NCBI RefSeq assembly: GCF_009914755.1
Contig: NC_060927.1
Direction: 5' to 3' (one strand)
DNA length: 64,000 bases
Source of the DNA: the human T2T-CHM13v2.0 reference genome, Homo sapiens
The position numbers and the translations under genes are program-made. The notes below the pieces were generated by a model. It saw only the letters and a list, made by a program, of their open reading frames with translations, made no database searches and was not told the origin of the DNA. Positions 30,501-43,117 of this stretch are shown in pieces; position 1 is the first letter of the stretch; each line of letters begins with the position of its first letter.

Positions 30501-33232
30501 GCAGCAAAGAGATGTGGCTGCAGCCCAGGAATACTCAGGGAAGCAGATAATTTGGTTAAAATGTCTCAGCCTATTAAGGAAGCTGGACAGGTGGGGATAA
30601 CTAAAAAAGTGCATAAAAGAATGTTGTCCAAGTTGGCACCAGAGTGGGGGAGTTTTAAGCGGTTTAGAAGCCTCGCCGACAATACCCACAACAGTTATGG
30701 AGGCAAGGGAAACAGGCCCTTGAAAAGAAAGTAATGTGGAGTGGGTAGCCTCCGTATTGATTAAGAAGGGGACAGACTTACCCTCCACTGTAAGAGTTAC
30801 CCAAAGCATCTGTGATGGTCCAGGAGGCTTCTGAGGTGATCAGGCAGTGTCAGTCTTCAGCTGCTAAGCTGAGAAGATCTGGGAAGGAGTCAGTCAGAGA
30901 GCCTTGGGCCAGAGTTCCAGGGGCTCTGGGAGTGGTTGCCAGGCAAGTTGAACAGTCTGATTTCCAGTGGGGTCTCGCACAGATGGGACATTCCTTGGCC
31001 CAGTGGCCAGATTTCCGGCACTTGAAGGAAGATCCTGGGGGAGGAGGTCCTGGAGAAATGCCTGGCCCCTGCAGTTTAGGTGTTTTGAAGTTCTTGTGTG
31101 CTGGAGATGTGGCTGGGGTTTCTCTTACAGCGGAGGCAAGTAATTGCAACTCAGAAATATGTTGTCACTTGGCTGCCTCTTTTCTATTATTGTACACCTT
31201 AAGGCGAGGGTAATTAAATCCTGTTGTGGGGTTTGAGGGCTGGAATCTAATTTTTGGAGCTTTTTCTAATGTCAGGAGCAGATTGGGTAATAAAATGCAT
31301 ATTGAGAATAAGACGGCCTTCTGGCACCTCTGGGTCTAGAGAGGTAAAGTGTCTAAGGGTTGTTGCCAAACAGGCCATGGACTCAGCTGGGTTTTCATAT
31401 TTGATGAAAAAGAGCCTAAACGCTAACTGATTTGGGAGAGGTCAGCTAAAGAAAAAGGAGCATTAACCTTGACTATGCCTTTAGCTCTAGCCACCTCTCT
31501 AAGAGGAAATTGTTGGGCCGGTGGGGGAGGGCTAGTTGTGGAACGAAACTGTAAGCCAGACCAGGTGTGAGGAGAGAAGGTGACCAAAGGTTTATAGGGT
31601 AGGGGAGCAGAGGCTGGGGAAGAATTGGGACCTGGCTAGGCCTAGCGAGGAACAGCCTGGGGAGGAGGGGAGAAATCAGATGGGTCCGTAGAAAAGGAGG
31701 ATTCAAAGGACTCAGAGCTTGGGGTGGAGACTGAAGGAACAGACAGGAGAGAAAGAGGAAAGATTTGGGATGAGTCACATTGGGAGCAGAGACTAGAGAG
31801 GGACTGATGTGTAAAGAATGCCTGGACGTCAGGCACCTCAGACCATTTGCCCATTTTACGACAAAAATTATCTAGATCTTGTAGGATGGATAAATCGAAA
31901 GTGTCATTCTCTGGCCACTTGGAACTATTGTCAAGTTTGTATTGGGGCCAAGCAGTATTACAGAAGAAAATAAGATGTTTAGGTTTTTAAAAGAGTGCAT
32001 AAAAGAATGTTGTCCAAGTCCATGCCCTTCTTAATCAATATGGGAGCTACCCACTCCACATTACCTTCTTTTCAAGGGCCTGTTTCCCTTGCCTCCATAA
32101 CTGTTGTGGGTATTGATGGCCAGGCTTATAAGCCCCTTAAAATTACCCCACTCTGGTGCCAACTTGGAGAGGTCAGGTGTTAGTCAAAGGTGTTTTAAGT
32201 TTTAAGAACACAGGCTAAGGGAGAAGAAGGGGGAATGAAGCGTGGAAGGTTGCCCATAGTGAAAGAGGTAAGTTTAAAGAGAAAGGTAGAGACATGGAGA
32301 AGGGGGGAGGTGAGCAGCCCTGGGCTGTCATGTGGGTTAGCAGCCAAAGCTGGTGTCCCAGCAATTGACTTACCACCAAGGGAATGTGGGTGAATGACCA
32401 AGGCAGGCATCCCCCCGGTGATCAGACACCAAATGGAATGTGGGTGAAAGATCAAGGTAGGTGTCCCCATGATGATCAGACACCAAAGGAAGGCTGTCTT
32501 CCCAAATCCATGATCCATGTTGGAGTTTTTGAGTTCATGGATAAAATGTGTCTCCTTTGTCTCTACTAGAGAGGAAAAAGAACTGGAATTTGAAGGACAG
32601 GGAGATTGAAGGGTAGGGAGAGAGGCTGAAGAAGAGAGTGAGGAGACCGCTTACCCGGTTTGAAATTGGTGAGATGTTCCTTGGGCTGGTCTGAGGACCT
32701 GAGGTCGTAGGTGGATCTTCTCATGGAGTGAGGGTGAGGAGAGGGGACCAATCTCCCGAAGGAGTCACCCTGTCCGGGGTCTTCGGCACCAAATGTTATG
32801 CGCATCCATATGAAGAGACCACCAAACAGGCTTTGTGTGAGCAATAAAGCTTTTTAATCATGTAGGTGCAGGCAGACTGAGTCTGAAAAAGGAGTCAGCA
32901 ATGGGAGTTAGGGTTGGGGTGGTTCTATAGGATTTGGGTAGGTAATGGAAAATTACAGTTAAAGGGGGTTGTCCTCTTGCAGGCAAGGGCAGGGGTCACA
33001 AGGTGCTCGGTGGGGAGTTCCTGAGACTCACTGTCCAGAAGGAATGTCACAAGGTCAATTGATCAGTTGGGGTGGGGCAGGAACAAATTACAATGGTGGA
33101 ATGTCATCAGTTAAGGCAGGAGCGGCCTATTTTCACTTCTTTTGTGGTTCTTCAGTTGCTTCAGGCAATCTGGATGTATATGTGCAGGTCACAGAGGATA
33201 TGATGGCTTAGCTTGGACTCAGAGGCCTGACA
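27515..33232 (-). mobile_element. HERV-H provirus, two LTR7-type LTRs (27515-27955 and 32794-33232), deleted and non-coding
   Basis: 5-bp TSD ggttg; polypurine tract beside the left LTR; primer binding site 32773-32791. Gag zinc knuckle CRKSGHWAKEC (30850-31149), protease remnant FLINTEATHS (30444-30809), RT with LPQG and YVDD (29567-30412), env relics about 28000-29100. Confidence 0.93.
29567..30412 (-). pseudogene. HERV-H reverse transcriptase remnant
   Basis: SPYNSPILPVQKPDKSYRFVQDLR, FLPQGFRDSP, QYVDD. The DLKDAF motif is out of frame (compensated frameshift) and the frame is truncated. Confidence 0.9.
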
Positions 33233-33290
33233 GGTTGCTGCAGTGAGCCAAGATCACACTACTGCACTCCTGCCTGGGCAACAGAGCCAC

Positions 33291-33322
<32 letters not shown>

Positions 33323-33904
33323 AAAGAAGAAGAAAAAAAAATTTTTTTTCCACCAAGAATTTAGTAAAAAATTATAGGGAAAAGTGTCACTAATTCAAGG
33401 GAATTGCACTGAAAATTATTCATTCATTCAACAGATATTTATTGAGAAGCAAGTATGCTGGTGCTAGGGTTACAACAGCGCACAAATTCTTGTATTCAAG
33501 GAATGAGGTAAGAGTATGCAGATAGGAGCCAGAGAGGTCAAGAGGCAATTGCAACATAGAGTGACACGTGCTCCAGAACACATAGGAGGGCTTCCAGGCC
33601 CCATGCTGGGCTATCAGAGCTGGCTTCCTGCAGGTGGTGTGGCTCAGCTAAAACCTGAGAACCAAGAATGAGCCTTCTGATATCTCAGGGTTAAATCGGC
33701 ACAAATGAAACCATTTTATAACCAAACAACATTTTCCCTCCTGAACTGCACTTTTTCTAGAACCCATTTAATCCTTCCTAACATGTTCAATCCAGCCCCG
33801 TGATTTTTCAGTCAAATGCAAGATGCGTAGGATTCCTTTTCTGTTCAGTGCTCCCCAGCCAATCTTTTTCCCTTCTCCCACCCCACAGTTACTAATTCCA
33901 GCGT

Positions 33905-34116
33905 TTCAGTTCTCAGCAGAGGATGACAGTTCCACCAGGAGACATCAGTGTTATCTGGAGACATTTTAGTTGTCCCAGCTGAGGGCACAGTGCTGCTGGC
34001 ATCTAGTGGGTGAAGGTCAGGAATGCACCTCAACATCCTGGAACACTCAGGACAATCCCCAGCAACAAAAACCTACCCATCCAGAACATCAACAGGGCTG
34101 TGGCTGAGGAGCCCTG
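33905..34116. mobile_element. MER20 DNA transposon
   Basis: tctggagacattttagttgtc..tgctgctggcatctagtgggtgaaggtcaggaatgc..aacatcct.. Confidence 0.75.
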
Positions 34117-35528
34117 CTCTAGTGCTTCCTCCTTACTGTATCCTCATCAAGGAGGGCTCTGGGGCATGTCAGGGGCTGCTACAGGCTCCTGGCAGATTTC
34201 GGCGACTTACTCCAGACTTGTGGAACATTCAGGATTCTTAGCATGGCCACAGGAGAGTCAGGCTGTCCACAAGCACTCTCTCTTTCTTCACCCACTCATT
34301 CCTGTCACTCTACCATTTCCACTGCCTTCCCAAATGCCCATCGTGAGTCCCACCAGGGGCCAGAACACCACTCTCTCAAGCCTCCCCAGTGGCGCGTGCA
34401 CACCTGGAGAACATGTCTCACATCCCCCAGCCAGCGAGACGTCCTGAGATTCCAGCACTTCTCAGTGTCTTTCCCAGCTTGTTTGTATCTGGAATGGGGT
34501 GGGGTCTCTCACACAGGAGAAATTACAAGGAAAAGTGTACGTGACAGGAATGGAGGAATTTCTGTGGAAACGGTGTGTGAGAAAATGTAGGAAGAAAGAA
34601 ACTTCAGGAAATGGTAAGTGGCATCTTGAGAGCAGAAAGTGAGAAGGGAGCAGAAAGAAATGGGGCTGGAACCTGGGAAGGAGAGGACAGGTGGGGATGG
34701 CCTTGCACACCGTGGGCACTGAGGAGTGTGGGCCCATGGCATGGGTGGAGAGGAGTTTCAAGATAGGGAGTAGATTCCTATTTTGAACTTCGGATTGCCC
34801 CTGGCGATGTGGAGACTGTATTGGAAGAAGGCAAGAATGGAGGAGAGCCCCTAGGTGGAGGTTTGGCAATGCTCTCTCCAGAATATAGCAGAGGCCTCTT
34901 CCAAGGTAGGAAAGCCCTGACTGGAGAGAAGTTAATGGCTCTGAGGGCTCAAGGGAGGACTTGGATTATCAGGACTTTTAGGGAGGCATATGATCAAGGC
35001 TTGGGTCTTGGCCCATTGAAATGGGGAGCACTGGTTTTAGGATGTGGGTCAATTAGTTTGGTTTTCAGGACAGGCTGAGTTGGATATCCTGGGGGACCTC
35101 CAGGTGGCAGTGTCAGGGGAAGCTGGATGTGCTGACACTGAACTCAGCAGAGTGACTGAGTAGAGATCGACATCTGGGGTCACAGGCAGTGGATGCCGTA
35201 GGGGTGGACTCAATAGCTCAAGCAGAACCCGGAGGAATGCAGGCAGCAAAGGGAGCCCTAAAGAACAGTGAGGAGATGTGCCAAGAAAGAGCCAAATCCG
35301 GGGGATTGGCTGTGGGAGAGAGGGCTGTGGGAGTAAGAGGAAGTGTCAGCAACGTCAAATGTTGCAGAGACATAGAGTAAGGTAAGAGTGGAAAAAACAT
35401 CCATGGAACCCTGTGATGCAATCGGAATGCAGAAAGACTTTGTAACTCCTGCCTGGTCTCCTCCTCTGCCCACTCATGGCAAAGGAATACAAAGTAATGT
35501 TCCCTCCTTCCGCCTAGAAAAGCACAAC

Positions 35529-35658
35529 TTCTGCCCCCAAGCCCTGGGCTCTCCTGAGAGGACAGGACCAGCCTCTGAAGTTGAAGGTCCTGGTTCTGCC
35601 CCCAAGCCCTGGGCTCTCCTGAGAGGACAGGACCAGCCTCTGAAGTTGAAGGTCCTGG
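35529..35658. repeat. Perfect 65-bp tandem duplication
   Basis: ttctgcccccaagccctgggctctcctgagaggacaggaccagcctctgaagttgaaggtcctgg at 35529-35593 and 35594-35658. Confidence 0.97.
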
Positions 35659-38600
35659 TTTACCAGATAGGGAAGGGGCCCTTTCCAAGACCCTTTCCAG
35701 AAGGTGTGGCTGAGATGGGAACCGTGGACTCTGTGCAGATGTAGGAGCTGGCTCCAGTCAAGTGCTAGGAGGTTGTGGGTCCTGGGAAGGAAGAGGCTCT
35801 GGAGCCTCTGTGGAGACTCTGGGACTGTCCTTGGGGGAGACGTGAGCAGGAAGAAGCAGGGCCTTCACAGTCCCCAGCTTAGGGGCCTCACCACCCAGAC
35901 TGAAGACCAGGACCAAACCCTTTCCTGCACAGTTACAATGTGTCATTTAATTTTACTAAAGGGAATATTTTTTAAATGAGGATGCTACTTTGTGTATTAA
36001 TTTTTACCTCTATTCATAAAAGAAACGTTTCTTATCTATTTAAGATGATTCATATCAGACCAGTGTCTGCCCAACTCGACTGACCCTGTGAAAACTGGGC
36101 ACTTCACACTCCAATGATGATGGATGAGTCCCCAGCAGCATAGTTTAAGGGAGTGAGTGGGCAGTGTGGCCTCCTGTGCACGTGACTTCCTCCTTCAGTG
36201 TGCCCACATGTGGGTTCCACGGTCTTGTGACATTGTGGCTTTAGAAATTTCTGTTTCCATTTTCTATCATTCAGAGTAAATGAAATTTGCAGGAAATTCA
36301 GAACCTTCCACCTGTACAGTGGATACTGTGAGACTCTGCCCAGATGCCCTTTTCAAGCCAATGCATCTCTCCATGCTCCCACTCCCATAGATGGGAACAG
36401 AGGTGCTGGAACTCAGATCTACTCCCCTTTCTGGGAACTGGAGCTGCCTGCCCAGGCAATGCCCCCTTCCCAGGGATGGCTGAGCCAATGACTGGCTAAT
36501 GTTGGATTGCAGAGGCCTAGCGCCCTCCCCTCAATTCCTAATTCCTTGTAGGAATAACTGAGGCCTCCTCTGTGACCACGTGGGCAGCTTCTCCCTCTGC
36601 CTGGTCCTGTCTTGTTCTCTCCTTTCCAATTGTGTCTCCTGGAAGCCCTCCCCACAAGTCTGCTGCATACAACTCTCCTTCTCAGAGAGCCTGAGCCCTG
36701 GATTCCCAGGAATCCAGCCTAAAATAGTCTGGCATTTGGTTTCAATTTTCTCTTTCACTAAGACTCAGTCACAGGTGCTAATAAATAATAAAATGTCACC
36801 ACCTTGAATTCTATCACTCTCTCTTTTCTTGCCCCATCTCTGACAAGTAGGTGGTCCCTCAAGAACCTGAAAAGCAGACATTAGGAGGAAAGGAGGAGTG
36901 GGGGCAAGAGGCCCACACCTCACCTGGCCGGCTCCCATCCATGCGCCCTTGACTGAGGTAACACCTACCCTGGGAATCCTTCCCCTGCCTCTCGTGAGCC
37001 AGGCCGGGTGCTCTTGGGACAGCTCCCACTGCTCCTGTGTGCTCCCCCAGCTTGGCACATGACTCCCTGAATTATAGTCAGTTCCGTACCTGAATCTCCC
37101 TCTAGAATGCCAGTGCCACGAGGACAGAGGACGGTTCCACTTTGTTCACTATTTTCTCCCCAGGGTCTGGCAAAGTTCCTGGGACTTGGGAGAGGTGTCC
37201 TTCAGGAGCTTGGCAGAAGCCAAACGGCACACTTAAGTAGGGCAACTGAGGTGAGTTTAATGAAGGATTCTATACAAAAATTTGGACAAGGTATAGGGAG
37301 GCCACAATACACAGTGCAGTGCCTGGTGCCAGTGAGAGCAGGGCACTATTCCCACTGCAAGGCCAGACAGGGCAAGGGGAGGGAGCTGCCTGACAAGAGC
37401 TGCCCTTACGTCAAGGGACACATCAGCCCACTAGACCCCATCAGGAGGGAGCCAGGGCCTGACTCCCCTGACCTTGCTCTCCAATCTTCTGCCTAAAATT
37501 CCCCATCAGCCAAACACAACTGAAAACTGAAAGACAGGGGAGCCTGCTGTTAATAAGGTGAGCATCCCCCAGAATAAAGCTGGGTAGAGAGTGGAGAATG
37601 GATATGGAAGGGCAAAAGGAAGATTTATAAGACAGTGGGCACTAAATATCTATGAGATGAATAAAGGAACCACATTTTACAACAAACGGTCATTGAAACG
37701 CTACTCAATGGAAAGAGATCATTTCGGTCACTGTCTGGTGCAGACAAATCAAAGCCCACATGCATCAAAAAGGCCATGTCCGTGTAACTCCGACACGGGG
37801 CAGACAGCAAGGCTGAAGCCTATGGGGTATGTGGAGCCGGAACTGAGAGATCCTGATGTAAATCTAGCACTTGGGAAAAGGGGGACTAGAAGAAATTCAC
37901 CCACAGGCAGAGGAAAACACAAACACTTATCTATTTTTGCCTAGGCTTTAAGTGGTATGGGAAAAATCTCTGAGACTACAAATCCTGTGCTTCATGCACA
38001 GGTTTATAATACCCTCAAAATGGAAGACCCCAAAACCCAGGCGCGGAAAATTCATATCAGGCCATTGATGCCCTCAATGTTCCCGGCTGAAACAAACTCA
38101 AAACTCCTCTGGAAAGGAGTGCTCCCACTTCAAGCCATGAAAAGCTACTGCAGAGAAAATAATCCCCAGTCAAGACACACTCACATTGAAACTGCAAGGC
38201 ACACAAGGAAATGGATCACCTTGAGTGATAGCTGGCAGAGCTAATAAACCTCTGTATACCTCTAAGAAGCTCCACGCACTAGTATAACCCTTAAAGATTT
38301 GATGAAATCATTACTTTATTAAAATTGTTTTTATAAAAAATCAAAATCCAAAAAAAGCAACAAATTTTATACCAGAGCCAATTCGGTATATACAAGGGTG
38401 TCTTACTCTTTTGGAATTTGTCTTATTGTCCTAACTCAGCACATTGTCCTGGTCTATGAAAAGTCCTAGAAACCCTTCTACCCTCTGTAATGTAGGAGCT
38501 TTAACTCAATAGGGTTTTTTAAATTCTTTTTTCTTGTCTTTTTTTCTTTTTTAATTTTTTCCATTTTTTCAAGTCAAACTGAAGAAATATTTTTCTTTTC

Positions 38601-39169
38601 TTTCTAGGAATGCATATTCACCCCCCAAGGCCACTTGTCTCCTGATTGGAGAGTATTAGACAATTCTCAGGATTTCTTTATTTTCCTTCTTTATTCCATA
38701 GGATTGGGAAACCCAGTAGGATTGGGTTTAGGCATATCTCTAAAGCACCATGTTTCAACGTTTTGATGTAAGATTGTGCCCTATTTCTTGTTCAGTTGCT
38801 GCCAGCAGATGTTATAGTTTTAAAACTAGTTTTTGGTCATTGAGATATTAGAGGAGGGAAGAGTCTGCTATCCTGCTTTACTCATCTTCATCTACACTAC
38901 ACTGTCATCTTCACTGCAAAGTCCTGTATTAATGTTTTTAGATTCTATAACATTTTAACAGGTGTCAAAAAATCTTAAGCACCACTTCAGCTTGGGAATC
39001 TCTAAATGTAATGGTGTTTGTGGGCTGGACTGATGTCTGCGTCTTGTTGTTGTTATTGTCTGTAGTAATGGAGAGCCGGGAGATCCTGGACACTTCCTGT
39101 TCATGGGCACTTGATGCATTAGCTGCCCCAGCAGCTGATTACATTTAAACAAGGATGTGTGGGTGAACC

Positions 39170-41000
39170 CAGGGAGACCAATCTCAGTGGAATGGTGGGG
39201 GCAGAAGCCAGGCTGCAGGGTGTAGAGTAGGGAATGAGCAGTGATGAAGTAGAAACAGAGTTTGGACAACTAGTGAAACTGCCTGGAAGAGGGGGAGAAG
39301 AGACAGTAAATGGTCTGACCAATGTTTGAGGTCAAAGTGGGTTTGTAATCTTTATTTAAGGGACAGATCTGAGCATTTAAAAATTCTGAATAATCTAATA
39401 GAGAGGAAAAAGTTGGGACTCAAAGAAAATGTGGGAAAAAATGATGAAGGTTAAACGGAATGAGATCCAGAGTGCAGGGGGAGAGATTAGCCTTTGGTGT
39501 TAGAGGAGCAACTCTGTCCATGGAGAGAGGAAAAATGTAGACATACCACAGTTGCATTTGAAGTTGGGGCCTGAGGAGTTGAGGAGTTCTGAGAAAAGCA
39601 GAAGATGAGATCATTTCCTGAGAGTAAATGGGAGTCATTAGAACGGGGGTGAAGAGACTGGAAGCTTTAGGTAGCTTGAAATAGTTGATGGAAAAATTGG
39701 ATAAAGTGACAATTTGTCACACTCAGAACAGCTATCAGGGAATCTAGAAGAATCTCTGGAAGCTAGTTGAAGATCTTAAATTACCAATGTATCTTGTCCA
39801 CATAGCTAAGCGGTTTTACTTATTTTTATTTTTTTGAAACAGGGTCTCACTCTGTCACACAGGCTGGAGTGTAGTAGTAGTAGCACAATCACAGCTCAAT
39901 GCAATCTCTGCCTCCCGGGCTCAAGCAATCCTCCCACCCCAGCCTCCCGGGCCTGGGACTACAGACACACACCACCACTCCCAGCTATATTTTGTACATT
40001 TGTAGAGACAGGGTCTCGCCATGTTGCCCAAGCTGGTCTTGAACTCCTGGGCTCAAGTAATCTGCCCACCTCGGCCTCCCAAAGTGCTGGGATTACAAGC
40101 TTGAGCCCGGCTGCTAAGTGGTTTTAAACAGCTGTTCTCGGAAACACACACTCAAAGAAAAAATGTAGAGGATAATTTATCTAAGGCTGGGGCTTCAAGA
40201 GAGGTCAGGGTGTTGACAAGAGAATGACTAAGTGGCAGACTACTGGATCTCAGCTAGATAAAGAGGGATGTGATCGTGGGAGGGGCTGATAGTCAGAGGC
40301 TGGAAGGCTTGATGAACAACACATATTACACAAAGAATAAATGGAGTGAGAGAAACCAAAGGAGTAAAAGTTGTCATCAGAAAAGTGAGAAATTTTATTG
40401 TGAGAATTCAGTGGTAAATCAATGTTAACAAACCTCAGCTGGGCACTAGTGGAGTGAAACCGAAGGCCAGGGAGTTGAGTTAATGAGCTGAGACTTGGGC
40501 ACCAGATGGGGGTCCACATGGACAACTAAGCCACCAGGATGATGTGGGAAACTGGGGTGAATAGAAGCCCCTTATCCATGTGCACAAGTCTTGAATAAAA
40601 TAGGGGCAACCAGGCAGTCAGTGGATGATAGCAGTGAGGTGGAGCAGAGAGCAATGTAGTTGGAGAAGTGGAGCCCACAGCAGTCTCCTTTATATCTAGA
40701 AGGGAATTAATAGCCAAAAAATGGCACCGAGGCCAAGGATGTCACCTTCTGACTCCCAAATCTGAGACAGATGTGAGAGGGAAGGAGTATCCTCAAGGGA
40801 CAGGAGATGGTGCGAATGTTTTTGGCATAAATCAAAGATGTCAGGGAAATTGTCAGAATTCAGGTTCCAGAGACACAGAGGAAAAGCGTGGGAGAAAGTG
40901 GAATATTGGGAGGTGAGATTAGGGCAGAGGAAGCACAAATCAAAGAACGAGGAATAGAAAAAGTCATATGAGCTGAGGAGTTGGCCAAACATGACAGAAT
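39170..41000 (-). mobile_element. Degraded L2-like LINE sequence with an AluJ (about 39820-40111, minus) inside
   Basis: Long purine-rich diverged tract with L2-like motifs (cagtggaatggtgggggcagaagccaggctgcagg); the Alu is clear. L2 boundaries approximate. Confidence 0.5.
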
Positions 41001-42520
41001 GGGAATATGATGGAATTAAGTGGCTTTATGTGTTCCAAAAGGATTGGTCCACGCAGGCCACAGGAAAATGGGAGGTAAGAAGAAAGGGATCGAAATGCTG
41101 CAAAGTGTATTACTTCATGGTAAGCAAAGGACTCAAGACTCTAGAAAATGATGCCCTTCCTTCCAAGACTATGTTAGTCCAAATCTTTCAAGATACAGAA
41201 CCCAAGGTGGGGTCTGGCATACAAGAAGTATAATAGAGGAAATGTCTGTGACATTTGCAGGACTGCAAAGGGAGCCAGGAGAAGCTGGGAAAGCCATGAG
41301 ATCACAAGCAGGTCTGACTCCAAGTGAAGGAGATGGGGAATGACGCAAGGTTTGGCTGAAGCATGTGCCAAAGGCACCCATCAGAGGAGTCCCTCTCCAA
41401 GGGATGGGCCTATCATAGTGTCCCTAATAGTGTCATGGAGTGGGAGCAGCCCACGGAGGGCACAGCCTTGGCATGAACGCAGACATGGGTCTCAGAGTGC
41501 AGCAGCTGGGCCCCTCAGTCAATTAGGCTCCCTCAGAGCTGGGGCAGGAGGTGCACTAGACCACACAGTAATATTTATTTATTATTAATTTAATTAATAA
41601 TATTAATTTATTAATTTAATTAATAATATATTTATTTATTTATTATTACTAGACCACACAGTAGTATTTGTATGTCTAAGGAAGCATTTCTCAGAATATA
41701 CTCACTGAACTTTTAGCCTATAAGTACCTGTATGAAAATTTTAAAAGGGGTTTCATGATCAAAACATTTTGGGAAACACTCCATACCCTTTCTTCCTCAT
41801 GAAGGATCATAATGCCTATTAGTATATGAAGGGCTCTGAGAAGTCCTGTAGTAAAGAAACTTGCTTTAGTTTTTTAGTCCAGCAATTTTTCAAACTTAAA
41901 TGAGCAATAGCCTCCCATCCTTTTTTTTACACTTTTTAGCATACTGCGGAATAAACTCAACATGCATTGAGAAAGACTGCTTTAGGGAATAGTCAACACT
42001 ATTTCACTCCCAGTAAGTACATATAAAATCTGTATTTCCAGGGTGGATTATCAACACAGCTGTATTTTAGAAATATTATCTGCCCTCCCAGGTATCACAG
42101 CTACTAATTATTGGGTACTGAGGTGGAATTTTAGGGATCAGCCAATTATGGGAAAGAAAATCTGGGGGCAGGATAAGATGGTCTCCGAAGCCTTAAAATT
42201 ATATGCCATTATTTACCTCTTTGATCTACTACTCAATATCAAACAACTAATTCAGAAGAAAATTGATTGTTTTCTAAAAGTAGTTTTTCTACATTTCCCA
42301 TTAAGAAGCAGTGGTATTTAAAACTTATAATGGCTATTATGTGAGATTATCACTATCATAGTTTTTCTCTATACAAATTTTCTGTAACATTTTATTTGCT
42401 AATAAAAATTAGATAGATGGATTGACTAATTGATAATCTAAGAAAGATTATATTTGAAGAAGCCATAGTAAGGGACAGATTAAATTATCATCAGTCTAAA
42501 CATTCTAATACCTATTTCTC

Positions 42521-43117
42521 TTTTTTTGAAATTTTCCAAATTTGTTATTATGCATTTAAACAATAATTTTTTGAACTTTTATTTTAGGTTCTGGGGTACA
42601 TGTGAAAGCTTGTTACGTAGGTAACCTTTTGTCATGAGGGTTTGTTGTACAAATTATTTCATCACTCAGCTATCAAGCCCAGTACTCAATAGGTATCTTT
42701 TCTGCTCCTCTCCCTCCTCCCGCCCTCCAGTCTCAAGTAGACCCCGGTGTCTGTTGTTCCCTTCTTTGAGTTCATGTGTTCTCATCATTTAGCTCCCACT
42801 TATAAGTGAGAATACAAGGTATTTGGTTTTCTGTTCCTGTGTTAGTTTGCTAAGGGTAATAGCCTCCAGCTCCATTCGTGTTTCCACAAAAAAACATGAT
42901 CTCGTTCTTTTCATGGCTGCATAGTATTCCATGGTGTATATGTACCACACTTTCTTTATCTAATCTGTCATTGATGGGCATTTAGGTTTATTCCATGTCT
43001 TTGCTACTGTGAATAGTGCTGCAATGAACATTCACATGCGTGTGTCTTCATGGTAGAATGATTTATATTCCTCTGGGTGTATACCCAGTAATGGGATTTC
43101 TGTTTTTAGCTCTTTGA
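42521..43117 (-). mobile_element. 5'-truncated older primate L1 (L1PA13-16-like)
   Basis: L1 3' end sequence; perfect 17-bp TSD tctaatacctatttctc at 42504-42520 and 43118-43134. Confidence 0.88.

Larger units (their letters stand above)
27330..33342 (+). mobile_element. AluJ-type element split in two by the HERV-H insertion (27330-27514 and 33233-33342)
   Basis: Left piece ends ..cttgagccctgaaggtggttg; right piece resumes ggttgctgcagtgagccaagatc..(A-rich tail). Confidence 0.85.

Noticed and set aside
35218-35688. 156-aa minus-strand ORF
   Set aside because: Spans the 65-bp duplication and L2-like sequence; no recognisable domain.
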